From positions 1 to 32,804 of the forward strand of contig JAYZEG010000082.1 in assembly GCA_036337435.1 (NCBI GenBank): a stretch of DNA of 32,804 nt, written 5' to 3'. Shown piece by piece: positions 19,285-29,000 of the stretch; position 1 is the first letter of the stretch; every line of letters begins with the position of its first letter. This stretch comes from Myxococcota bacterium. Lineage in GTDB: Bacteria; Myxococcota_A; Bradymonadia; UBA7976; UBA1532. A model generated the notes under the pieces. The model saw nothing but the letters and a program-made list of their open reading frames with translations. It was not told the DNA's origin and made no database searches. Both the position numbers and the translations under genes were made by a program.

Positions 19285-20244
19285 ATGGAACCGAACTTTC
19301 CAATCGTTGAGGCGAATATTGTTGCAGCGACAGAGACCATAGAAGTTAAAATTTCAGCGAACAAGCGGTGCATGCGCGGGAAGTCTGCGAGTTTTGTCCA
19401 TCATATGGAATTTGACCTGTCTGGAACTGTTTTGGAAGGTCGGTTTCGACCGGGCCAAGCCATCGGCGTCTTGCCACCAGGCGTCGATGAATTGGGGCGC
19501 CCCGAGGTTGTGCGTCTGTACTCTATTTCTTCCCCGAGTTGGGGCGAAGATGGTGCCGGCAAGATCGTATCCACGACGTGCAAGAGAATGATCGATGAGT
19601 TTAGCCCGCAGCACGCTGAGCAAGAAACACCTGGCAATGGCCTTTTCATTGGGACTTGTAGCAATTATTTGTGTTCGCGAGCGGCGGGCGATTCGGTTTT
19701 TGTTTCGGGACCAGCGGGAAAGAAATTTCTGTTGCCCTTGGAAGCGGCGAATCATAACTATGTCTTCTTAGCGACGGGCACTGGGATTGCCCCCTTTCGA
19801 GGTATGGTAAAAGAGCTATTTTATGGACCCCTCGGACCGACGTCCAACCAAGTGCATTTGGTCATGGGCGTCCCTTATGCGAGCGACCTATTATACGATG
19901 ATTTTTTCACCGAGGCAGCTGCACGCTTCGATAATTTTCATTATCACTCGGTCTTGAGTCGCGAAGGCGGAGATGAGGGCAGGGGTGAAGGGTACGTGCA
20001 TGATTACTTGGCGCGTACACCAGACCTTTACGACGTGGTTTTGACAGACCCAAAAACAATGCTTTATCTCTGCGGTCTCGCTGGAATGCAGACCGGTGTG
20101 TACCGATTCCTCGTCGAACGTGGATTGGCTGATGGGTATCTTCGAGTACCGGACAAAGTGGCTGCTATGAATCCAGATGACTGGACGCCGAAAGAGACGA
20201 GAAAGCTTAGGCCTTTGGCACGTTGTCAGCTCGAAGTCTATTAA
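19285..20244 (+). CDS. petH: Plant/plastidic-type ferredoxin-NADP+ reductase
   Basis: GQAIGVLPPG, RLYSISS, GTCSNYLC, GPAGK, LATGTGIAPFRGM, LSRE, YLCGL.GM, terminal EVY; ATG 19285 follows GAGGTAGG (the ORF-track extension to 19033 looks spurious). Confidence 0.88.
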   Translation: MEPNFPIVEANIVAATETIEVKISANKRCMRGKSASFVHHMEFDLSGTVLEGRFRPGQAIGVLPPGVDELGRPEVVRLYSISSPSWGEDGAGKIVSTTCKRMIDEFSPQHAEQETPGNGLFIGTCSNYLCSRAAGDSVFVSGPAGKKFLLPLEAANHNYVFLATGTGIAPFRGMVKELFYGPLGPTSNQVHLVMGVPYASDLLYDDFFTEAAARFDNFHYHSVLSREGGDEGRGEGYVHDYLARTPDLYDVVLTDPKTMLYLCGLAGMQTGVYRFLVERGLADGYLRVPDKVAAMNPDDWTPKETRKLRPLARCQLEVY

Positions 20245-20451
20245 TGCGAAGCAATAGAGGTCGCCGTCTTTTCAGTAGAGCCGCCCAGCGGTGAGGCCAT
20301 CGGAACCCGTGCGCTTGAGGGGCTGTATGCAGTTCGAGGCGTTGACGAAATGAAGATGTGGCACAATGAGTTGGACGGCTCTTCCCAAATGGGGGCGGAC
20401 CGACTTATACTCTCGGGCATAACGCCAATGCATATTTGAGGGGGTGACGCC

Positions 20452-21222
20452 ATGGCCGCGCCAGCCAATGAAGTTAGGGTTCTCTCGGTTCAACATTATA
20501 CGGACAGACTCTTTAAGTTTAGAGTGACACGGCCGAAGTCGTTTCGCTTTCAATCAGGACAGTTTGTCATGATTGGTCTAGAGGTCGACGGCAAACCGCT
20601 CATGCGAGCGTATTCCATGGCGAGTCCAGCTTGGGATGATGAATTAGAATTCTATTCCATTAAAGTACCTGATGGTCCTTTGACGAGTCGACTCCAACAT
20701 ATCAAGGTTGATGACACGATCTTGATTAGCGGCCGGGCGGTGGGGAGCCTGGTGATCAATTCGCTCAAGCCCGGCAAACGTCTGTTTTTGGTATCGACGG
20801 GCACTGGAATTGCCCCTTTTGCGAGTATTATTCGAGATCCGGAGACCTACGAGAGATACAGCCATGTTTATTTGACGCATACCTGTCGTGATGTTGCCGA
20901 ACTCACGTACGGAAAGGAACTGTATCAGGCGTTGGCCGATGACCCCCTCTGCGGTGAGTTTGCCGCCAATCTGACTCATTACACCAGTGTGACACGCGAA
21001 GATTACCCATTTCGGGGTCGCATCACACATCTTCTAGAGAACGAAAAGTTTTTCTCCGACCTGAATATTGATGGATTCGATCCGGCAGAAGACCGGGTGA
21101 TGATTTGTGGATCGATAGAGATGAATAAGGACATGAAAGATCTGCTGGAAGCTCGAAACTTTGGAGAAGGCTCCCTGCGCGAGAAGGGCGAATTTGTTAT
21201 CGAGCGAGCCTTTGTAGGCTAG
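20452..21222 (+). CDS. fpr: Bacterial-type ferredoxin/flavodoxin-NADP+ reductase (subclass I)
   Basis: GQFVMIGL, RAYSMAS, DGPLTSRL, STGTGIAPF, VTRE, MICGS, C-terminal ERAFVG. Confidence 0.93.
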   Translation: MAAPANEVRVLSVQHYTDRLFKFRVTRPKSFRFQSGQFVMIGLEVDGKPLMRAYSMASPAWDDELEFYSIKVPDGPLTSRLQHIKVDDTILISGRAVGSLVINSLKPGKRLFLVSTGTGIAPFASIIRDPETYERYSHVYLTHTCRDVAELTYGKELYQALADDPLCGEFAANLTHYTSVTREDYPFRGRITHLLENEKFFSDLNIDGFDPAEDRVMICGSIEMNKDMKDLLEARNFGEGSLREKGEFVIERAFVG

Positions 21223-21340
21223 GTCGTGCTGGTCGATGTTATAGATTTTCGGCCCCCTTGGCTTTTACGCGCCAGGCTCAATTGAGCCAACATGCAATCA
21301 GGTGCTGAGGTGAGCTTTCGCGAACGGGGATTTATCTTTC

Positions 21341-22246
21341 ATGGGGACAACCTTAGACGCATTTAAACAGGCTCGAACGAACCTGGGTTTAGGCGAGCGA
21401 GTCGATGAATCATTTTCAACGATTTATCGACCCGTAGCCGATTGGGTCGCTGCAAGCCACGCGTTGGCCGACGGGTGCGTGACCATCGGCATAAACGGGG
21501 CTCAGGGGTCAGGCAAGTCTACTTTTTGTGCGCTTCTGAAGCCCGTCTTAGAAAAACTACACCAACTCAAAGTGGTTATTTTGTCCATAGATGATGTCTA
21601 CCACACGCGAGCGACGCGCAGTCGACTCAGTCAGGACATTCATCCGCTTTGTCAAATTAGGGGGGTGCCAGGCACTCATGATGTCGCGCTTGCCCTGCAG
21701 ACACTTAACTCGTTGAAGGCCTCCAGTGACTGGTCAAGCATACCCATTCCGCGATTCGACAAGGCATCCGATGATCGAAGGCCTGAACACGAGTGGGATG
21801 TGGCGGACGGCTCCGTCGACGTTGTCCTTTTCGAAGGTTGGTGTGTGGGGTGCCCTCCCATGAAAAATTGGACTGCACCCTATAACGAGAGAGAGGCTCG
21901 TGAAGATCCCAACGGGGTGTGGGCAAAATGGAGTATCAAGAGTCTCGAGACGGACTATAATCCGCTCTTCGAAAAACTCGATGGACTCGTCATGATCAAA
22001 GTGCCGTCCATGGAGACAGTTCGTAACAGTCGATGGCTGCAAGAAAAAACACTTCGTGCAAAGCTGGGCGTGACTCAGGACGTCGATGAACGGCACGTGG
22101 GCCTGATGACGAAGGCGCAAGTCTTCGATTATGTGGCACTTTTTGAAAGGGCAACGGAACACATGTTGCGGAGCTTGCCAAAAACGGCCGATGTGCTTAT
22201 CGACAGGGACGCGCAGTTTCGTTACCGTCTGCGCCGGCTCCCTTGA
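21341..22246 (+). CDS. P-loop kinase, D-glycerate 3-kinase (GLYK)-like
   Basis: GINGAQGSGKST, LSIDDVY, RGVPGTHD, PRFDKASDDR, FEGWCVG and R..QE are GLYK-family signatures. Confidence 0.85.
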   Translation: MGTTLDAFKQARTNLGLGERVDESFSTIYRPVADWVAASHALADGCVTIGINGAQGSGKSTFCALLKPVLEKLHQLKVVILSIDDVYHTRATRSRLSQDIHPLCQIRGVPGTHDVALALQTLNSLKASSDWSSIPIPRFDKASDDRRPEHEWDVADGSVDVVLFEGWCVGCPPMKNWTAPYNEREAREDPNGVWAKWSIKSLETDYNPLFEKLDGLVMIKVPSMETVRNSRWLQEKTLRAKLGVTQDVDERHVGLMTKAQVFDYVALFERATEHMLRSLPKTADVLIDRDAQFRYRLRRLP

Positions 22247-22272
22247 GCGTCTCGAGACTGTACCGATTGGGT

Positions 22273-23979
22273 TTAGATTTCGTACCAGATCGCTGCATAG
22301 GGTCCCATGCCTAATGTCTCCCGGTCAAAGCGGAGGTCTCCAGTCCGATAAACCGCTCGCCTTTCAGAGAGTTTGACAACTCCCAAATCAGCAACCGGTA
22401 CTTGTGTTGATTTATCGCTGACGTTGAAAACGCAGATGAGGCACTGTCCGGAGTTCGCTGCCGTGCGCTTAATGGCGAACAGCTGTGTATCCAGGTCAAG
22501 GCAGACCTGCTCACTCTCCGGATGGAATGCAGTTTGTTGTCGGCGAACGTTCAACATCGTTCTGAGTCCGTCCAAAACTCGCCTGGGTTGGCCATCAACC
22601 GGGTCCAAGCGTTCTGAAACTTCAGTCAGTGTCCATTTTCGCCTGTTTATGGTTCGGTTACGACCAGTGGCCTTAAGCCCCTCTAGATTGTTTGGCGTTG
22701 CAAGTAAGCTATTGTAGTACAAGGCGGGTACGCCTTTGAGTGCCAGCATGAGACATTGAGAGAGCAAGAAACGCTCTGTCTGAAGGGAGTCAATTCCCGC
22801 AACTGTGCCTTTGAACGCGTCAAACATGGAAATATTGGCCTCGTAGGGGCTCAGGCTGCCGTCGGGCCGCCGACGTTCAGTGACCAGCCCGCCGAAAGAG
22901 CGCAGGCAGTTGACCAGGTTCTTTGTCTCTCGCTCACTCAAAATGCCCTCGGCCGGTCTAAGACCAACCCCATCATGGGACGCGGTGAAATTGAGTAAAG
23001 TGCAGCCCGGTGGCAGTGCAGGCAGCGAGCGACACCATCTTGTTAAATGTCCGCTGTCACCGGACAGCAGAGTATGGGTGAGCAGCGGGGGCAGTGAAAA
23101 ATTATAGACGATGTGGGCTTCGTCGCCGTCGCCGAAATAACTTAGATTTTCGTCTTGTGGGACATTGGTCTCTGTCAAAAGCTTAATGGTCGGTGAGATC
23201 GCGTCTGCGACCGCTCGCAAGACCTTGACCACCCCATGTGTTTGAGGCAAATGAACACAATTTGTGCCCAGCTGTTTCCAAAGATAAGCGATGGCATCGA
23301 TCCGGAGCCAGCGAGCACCGTGCTCAATATATTGTATGAACACCTCAACGAAGTCGTACAGAACCTCTGGATTAGCAAAGTTCCAATCAACTTGGTCCCG
23401 CGAGAAGGTACACCATACGAATTGCACGCCTTTGGCAGTTTGGTACTCTTGTAGCAGACTGCTGGCCCTTGGTCTGGTGACCTTTGAAACGTCGGTCTCT
23501 GGATCCGCCGTAATGAAATATTGATTCCCTGGTGGCCTGTCGTCGAGGAACTCTTTGAATCGTGGATGCTGGCTCGAGCCGTGATTAATGACATAATCGA
23601 AAACAAGGTCATGGTCATTCGTCAGCGCATCGATATCGCTCCATGACCCATTATGGCCCGCGACTTTTAGGTAATCGGAGACAGCAAAACCGTCGTCTGA
23701 TGTATATGGGTAGAAGGGGAGAAGGTGAACTTGGGAAAACAGACCAGGTGCGTAGTCGCGTAAAAACTGCTTTAAGCTTAGGAGTGGCGGCTGATTTTCT
23801 TCGGAAAATGAATCAGCGTAGGTAATCAATAAAACATCCGATTCACACCACAAGGCCCTATCTGCGATTTGGACGCTTACCTCGGAGACGCGCTTGCTGA
23901 TTCGTTCAGCCAGCAATCGGGCCGTCTCGCTGCTGTAAATATCACCCAGTAGTGCCTGCAATCGAGCTTGGCTTTTCAT
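22273..23979 (-). CDS. GH13_18 sugar phosphorylase, probable glucosylglycerate phosphorylase
   Basis: LITYADS, HLLPFYP.SDDGF, WCTFSRDQVD, LRIDA (nucleophile), TETN (acid/base), ASHDG, PYEAN; about 570 aa like the YcjM clade. Confidence 0.85.
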   Translation of the reverse strand: MKSQARLQALLGDIYSSETARLLAERISKRVSEVSVQIADRALWCESDVLLITYADSFSEENQPPLLSLKQFLRDYAPGLFSQVHLLPFYPYTSDDGFAVSDYLKVAGHNGSWSDIDALTNDHDLVFDYVINHGSSQHPRFKEFLDDRPPGNQYFITADPETDVSKVTRPRASSLLQEYQTAKGVQFVWCTFSRDQVDWNFANPEVLYDFVEVFIQYIEHGARWLRIDAIAYLWKQLGTNCVHLPQTHGVVKVLRAVADAISPTIKLLTETNVPQDENLSYFGDGDEAHIVYNFSLPPLLTHTLLSGDSGHLTRWCRSLPALPPGCTLLNFTASHDGVGLRPAEGILSERETKNLVNCLRSFGGLVTERRRPDGSLSPYEANISMFDAFKGTVAGIDSLQTERFLLSQCLMLALKGVPALYYNSLLATPNNLEGLKATGRNRTINRRKWTLTEVSERLDPVDGQPRRVLDGLRTMLNVRRQQTAFHPESEQVCLDLDTQLFAIKRTAANSGQCLICVFNVSDKSTQVPVADLGVVKLSERRAVYRTGDLRFDRETLGMGPYAAIWYEI

Positions 23980-24026
23980 GTTCTTATCCCCAGCAGCATG
24001 TTGCTACGCGTGCTTTCACTAAACTC

Positions 24027-25658
24027 TCAAAGCAGGAAGGTAAGCCCCGTGCAGAAGAGGATCATGAGAACCGAATAGCCAGCCATAAGGCGATATCGGG
24101 CAGGCCAGTTCACTTCGTAATTGAACTCTTTGTCTACACCTTTAAACCAGACCAGGCCTGTGAGTTCTTTGTCGCTCCCACCCGTAAAGGTTGAGACAAC
24201 AACACCGACCCCGAAGGCTACGAAAAATCCAGATACGTTCCACCAAAGCCAAGAGATATGGGGGGCAAACTTCCATAAGACAGCATTGCTGATCAGACCG
24301 ACGATCAAGCCCGTCACGGCCCCCCGTTCATTGCCAATGGTCGTCAGAATGCCGAGTAGGAACATGGCAAGAATGGGCCCATTTGCTAACGAGCCCACTT
24401 TGTTGACTGATTCTATGACGGAGTTTGAAATGTCGCCTACGAAAAAAGAAAAGGCAACGATCAAGGCACCCCAGAAAACAGTGAAAAACCGCGAGAGTTT
24501 AAGCTGTTTGTCGTCAGGGATTTCACCTTTCTGAATAAACGGCTCATAGATGTCCTTGATGGTTGTTGCCGACAAGGAGTTGATGGTGGAGTCCAAGGAC
24601 GACATGGCTGCTGAAAACAAGGCTACGATGACCAGCCCGATGATGCCATTGGGAAGTACGGTGGTCACAAATTTTGGCACAGCCAGGTTATAATTGGGCC
24701 CGCTGCCGTCATTGAGCATCCCAAGAAAATCAGGGTTTTTGACGATGTAGGCCCCAATGCAAACACCGAGGAAACAGTAGGTCAGCACCAGCGGGAAGCG
24801 CATCATACCATTGAGCATGAGAGATCGGTTGGTATCGTCTATATTGGCCGAAGAGAGTTCTCGTTGGACTTGGGTTTGGTCTGTTCCATAGTAAGACACA
24901 TACAAGAAGAGGCTCCCGAAGAGCATGGGCCAAAACCCATATTGCGTCTCTGCTGTGAATCCCCAGCCATCGAAGTCGATCGCTTGCAGCCCAACAAATG
25001 AGTCCGATTGGATCATTGGTCCGAGTTTGACGAACTCGGTGAAGACCTCAGAAAGCCCTCCGACCTCTGATATGCTGTAGATAACGCACAGCGCAATTCC
25101 AAGGTATAAAATCACCATTTGAATCACATCGGATAGAACCACTGCAGCCATGCCGCCTAGCATATCGTAGATAACGGTGACCACACCAAGGATGACGACG
25201 GAAAGCCAGAATGGAATGCCTACTATGCTCTGCAGAACGATTGAAATGCCGTAAACTGTGACACCGGTGGCGAATGCCCGAAGAAACTGAAATGTGACCG
25301 AGAGCACCGTACGAGCCGTGCGCCCAAAGCGACGTTCCTGATACGCATACACAGAGACGAGGTTCAATTTTCGGTAGAATGGCAGCAAGCAAATCATGAT
25401 GAAGACCATTGCCAGTGGCAATGCAAACTCATACTGCAGCCAAATGAGGCCCGTCGTGATGACAAAGGCCGGTGCCCCTAAAAGGCTATTGGTGGAGCAT
25501 TGGGTTGCCATTGTCGATATTCCGACGGACCACCAACTCAAGTTGTTTCCACCGAGATAGTAATCTTTTGCATCTGATTGGTTGCGGCCGAGATACCAAG
25601 ACAGCCCGATCATGGCTGTGAGGTAGACGCCTACAACACTCCAATCTAGTGAATTCAC
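24027..25658 (-). CDS. Sodium:solute symporter (SSS/SLC5 family)
   Basis: Many TM helices; DYYLGG, ERRFG, YDMLGGMAAVVLSD.IQ, GTDQTQVQR, SAAMSSLDSTINSL; 47 bp upstream of the phosphorylase on the same strand. Confidence 0.93.
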   Translation of the reverse strand: MNSLDWSVVGVYLTAMIGLSWYLGRNQSDAKDYYLGGNNLSWWSVGISTMATQCSTNSLLGAPAFVITTGLIWLQYEFALPLAMVFIMICLLPFYRKLNLVSVYAYQERRFGRTARTVLSVTFQFLRAFATGVTVYGISIVLQSIVGIPFWLSVVILGVVTVIYDMLGGMAAVVLSDVIQMVILYLGIALCVIYSISEVGGLSEVFTEFVKLGPMIQSDSFVGLQAIDFDGWGFTAETQYGFWPMLFGSLFLYVSYYGTDQTQVQRELSSANIDDTNRSLMLNGMMRFPLVLTYCFLGVCIGAYIVKNPDFLGMLNDGSGPNYNLAVPKFVTTVLPNGIIGLVIVALFSAAMSSLDSTINSLSATTIKDIYEPFIQKGEIPDDKQLKLSRFFTVFWGALIVAFSFFVGDISNSVIESVNKVGSLANGPILAMFLLGILTTIGNERGAVTGLIVGLISNAVLWKFAPHISWLWWNVSGFFVAFGVGVVVSTFTGGSDKELTGLVWFKGVDKEFNYEVNWPARYRLMAGYSVLMILFCTGLTFLL

Positions 25659-26016
25659 CTAGCCCCCCATTCCCATCACTGTCGTCATGAACCAACACGG
25701 GCGATACATCGGGTTCGATATACTGGTTTAGCAGCCAAACGAGCCAAGATGTGCCTAGAGTTAGTCCCAGCGGATAATTTTAATCATACTTGTCTTGATA
25801 GTAAGGTCTTTTTGTATGCGCTGACAACCCAGGAAACAGGGCTTTTGTATGGAAAGGACTTAAGGCTCATGTTTGAGACGCGACAGGCCTTGAATTCAGC
25901 CTCGATGAAAAGCGTGTTTAGGCTTCTTTTGAGCATCGTTTTCAGAGCGGTATCACCGAGCCAAAGATACTAAGGACCCAGATGAGAAAACGGGTTTTTA
26001 GTCAAGCGGACGCCTC

Positions 26017-29000
26017 CTATAGGCTGCATACATACGACTTTTCTTCATCACAAGCAGCATCGCTCCAATAGGCTTTGTTTTCGCCAAGACTAACGCAGTC
26101 TTGGTCGGCGGGAAGGCCATTGGGGTCAAACCCTGAAAAACTGAGGTTAAGATGGTCCGTTCTCAACCAGTGGCCATCAACCATTCGGTGTCCGATCCAA
26201 GCACCTGCCAGTTCATTTGAACGAACGGTTTCTGCGATCCACTGATTTTCTTCCACGTAGGTGACACTGGCCAGTCGTCCGCCAGCCTCTTCGCAGGCAG
26301 CGTTGGCTTGCTCTTGAGTTCGATGGCTTCCGCAAAATAAGAAATCACGGCTGACAAGGTCTGTTGCTCGGTACCGCTTTGTACCAGCTGGAAATCCAGC
26401 CCGACGCAAGCCCAGGTCCGTGCCCGCGAGATGTAGATGCGATTCCGACTCAAGGTCCAGTGTACTGCCAAACACCCTTGTTCCGAGAGGGAATCCGAGC
26501 CGACTGGCGACGCCGCTGGTTTGCACCTCGATATTTCGGCCATCGGGTGCCGTCAGCATGAGATGACGATCCGCCGTTAGGTTGGCATACACACCCGTAA
26601 AGTCAGAAACCGAGTTAATTAGACTTCGCAAATTATCCGACCCGTCAGCACGCAGCGCAGCGACGATGATTGGCTGTGAAAAGCCGATGCTTGCGAGGGC
26701 TGCCGCATTGCCATGAATTGTAAAGGCGTTGTCAGAGGTCAAAGTGAGTGGCGCACCATATACGCCATTGTAATGGTTGCGGCCTAATCCGGTGATTCGG
26801 CCGGTGGCGATATTTGTATGGCTCAAGGCGATATTTCGACCATCTTGCGCGGTAAGGACAAGGCGGCCCTCAACATCCAAAGACGCAGTCACCCCGGTCT
26901 CGGTGCTTGCGGCATTGATCAAGCTGCGTAAATTATCCGCACCGTCTGCACGCAGTCTCGGAATAATCGTTTCATCCTGAATGCCGATTTTATCGGGGGA
27001 ATTTCCTGATATGATGATGGTCTCGGCACTCTCCAATGATAACGCTCCGCCGTGGGTACGCAGGCCTTGGAACCCGAGCCCGAGACGAGTCGCGTTGCCA
27101 ATAATCCCGAGCTCAATGTTTCGACCATCATTCGCGGTCAAGACCACCCTATGGTCCGCGTCTAAAGCCGCCGTGACACCGGTTTTCTCTGTCACAGAAT
27201 TGATCAAGCTTCTCAGGTTGTCGCTGCCATCTGCTCGGAGGGGGAACGCGAAGGTGTTGTTCGTACCGATCTTCGCAACGGCGTTCCCCTCGAGCCGTAT
27301 GGATTCACTCGATTCGAGGACCAGGCGGCCCCCAACTGAATAGGTTCCGGGGCCTGGGGATAGTCCGAGACGGGTTGCATCTCCGAGCACCGTGATTTCA
27401 ATGTTTCGTCCATCTGCAGCTGTCAGAATCAATCGAGATGCCGGGCTGAGAGACGCGATGACACCCGTTTCATCCGTCAGTGAATTGATCACACTTCGGA
27501 GTGTATCCCGCCCATCAATGCGCAAGGCACTCTTGTAGATTTGCAGTCCGACGAAGCCGAGTTTAGCCATCGTGTTCGTAGGCGACCAAAGACGGATGCG
27601 GTTCGGGGACGTCAGGCTGATTGTGCCGCCGACAACCCGCGTCCCCGGGGTGGCCAATAGTCCAAGTCGAGTTGCAGCACCTTCGATCAATACATTGATA
27701 TTTCGTCCATCGATGGCGGTGAGAACCAAGCGTTGTTGTGCATTGAGTGATGCTTGGACACCGGTCTGAACGACTCGGGCATTGATAGCCTCGCGCAGTG
27801 TGCCTGTCGCATCTGCGTCTTGGACTTCAATATCTCGAATAACAACGCCATTGATATGGAGGGCATTATCATCATTCAGTGTGACTTGAACGAGATTCCC
27901 GGAACCAACGAAATAGCTCGGTTCCGCTCTTGCGGTGACCGTTGTAAAATCACTGGATGCATTGATGGCGGCCGCTTTGGCGATGGCAGAAGACGAACCA
28001 AATCTAATTGAGAGTGGGTCATCAGCAGCGATAGATGCCCGAATATTGACCCCATTTACGAGGAGGTCGCCTCGGTTCAACTCATTGCCCGGCCCCTGTG
28101 GAATATTTGTAATCCCATAGTCTGCTGCAAGGATGCTTGCCCGGCGTTCAACGGCATCTCCATTGTCACCACCTCCGTCGCCAGCGTCGTTGTCGAGAAC
28201 CTCAAATCCGGCAATAATCACGCCATTGATGGATACGTAATTGCTGCTGTCGAGGGCGACCTGGGCGATGTCGCTCACACCCGTCACCTGGCTCTGTTGG
28301 ACCCGTGCGGTGACCCGAGTGTGTTCGCTCGACGAATTAATCGCATTTGCTTTCGCGATCGCGGAGGTTGCAGGCCTGACCGTCGATAAAGGGTCATCAG
28401 CACCGACGGTGGCGCGAATGGGGACGCCGTTTATGACGAGGTCAAAAGCGGCCAGTGCTTCAGCTGCATTGCCCACCGAAATACTGTTGTTTGACTCCAG
28501 CCGCGCGATTCGCATCGCGTCTGCGGGGTCATCGCTTATGGGCCCAGGTCCGGCATCGTTGTCTTGTATTTGAATCCCGGCGATCATCTCTCCGTTGATC
28601 ATCAATAAATTGGTCGAATCGAGTTCAACGGCACTGATGTCGCTGGTTCCATAAAGCTTTGTTGGCATGACCCTAGCCGTGACGCCAGTGAACTCCGTTG
28701 ACGAATTAATGGCGTTCATCTTGGCGATAGCCGATGAGGCTTTATCTCGCGTCGAGGTGGCGTCGTCTGCATCAACCGTCGAGCGAATATCGACCCCATT
28801 GATGATGACATCCTGGTCCATCAATCGTTCCCCGTCGCCTTGCGCGATCGACCGGAAGGGAGATGGTACAAAGAGCGCACGGCGACGCGCATCCTCAGGA
28901 CGTTGGCTGACTGGGCCGGGTCCGCCATCTCGGTCTTCAACGCCAATGCCTGTGAACAAGACGCCATTGATGGTGACATAATGAGTCGAATCAAGAGTAC

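Noticed and set aside
20245..20439. Stop-codon readthrough: the frame stays open for 64 codons after the petH TAA and matches the fpr frame
   Set aside because: The terminal EVY is the canonical, functionally required end of plant-type FNR; the extension has no recognisable motif and stops before fpr.
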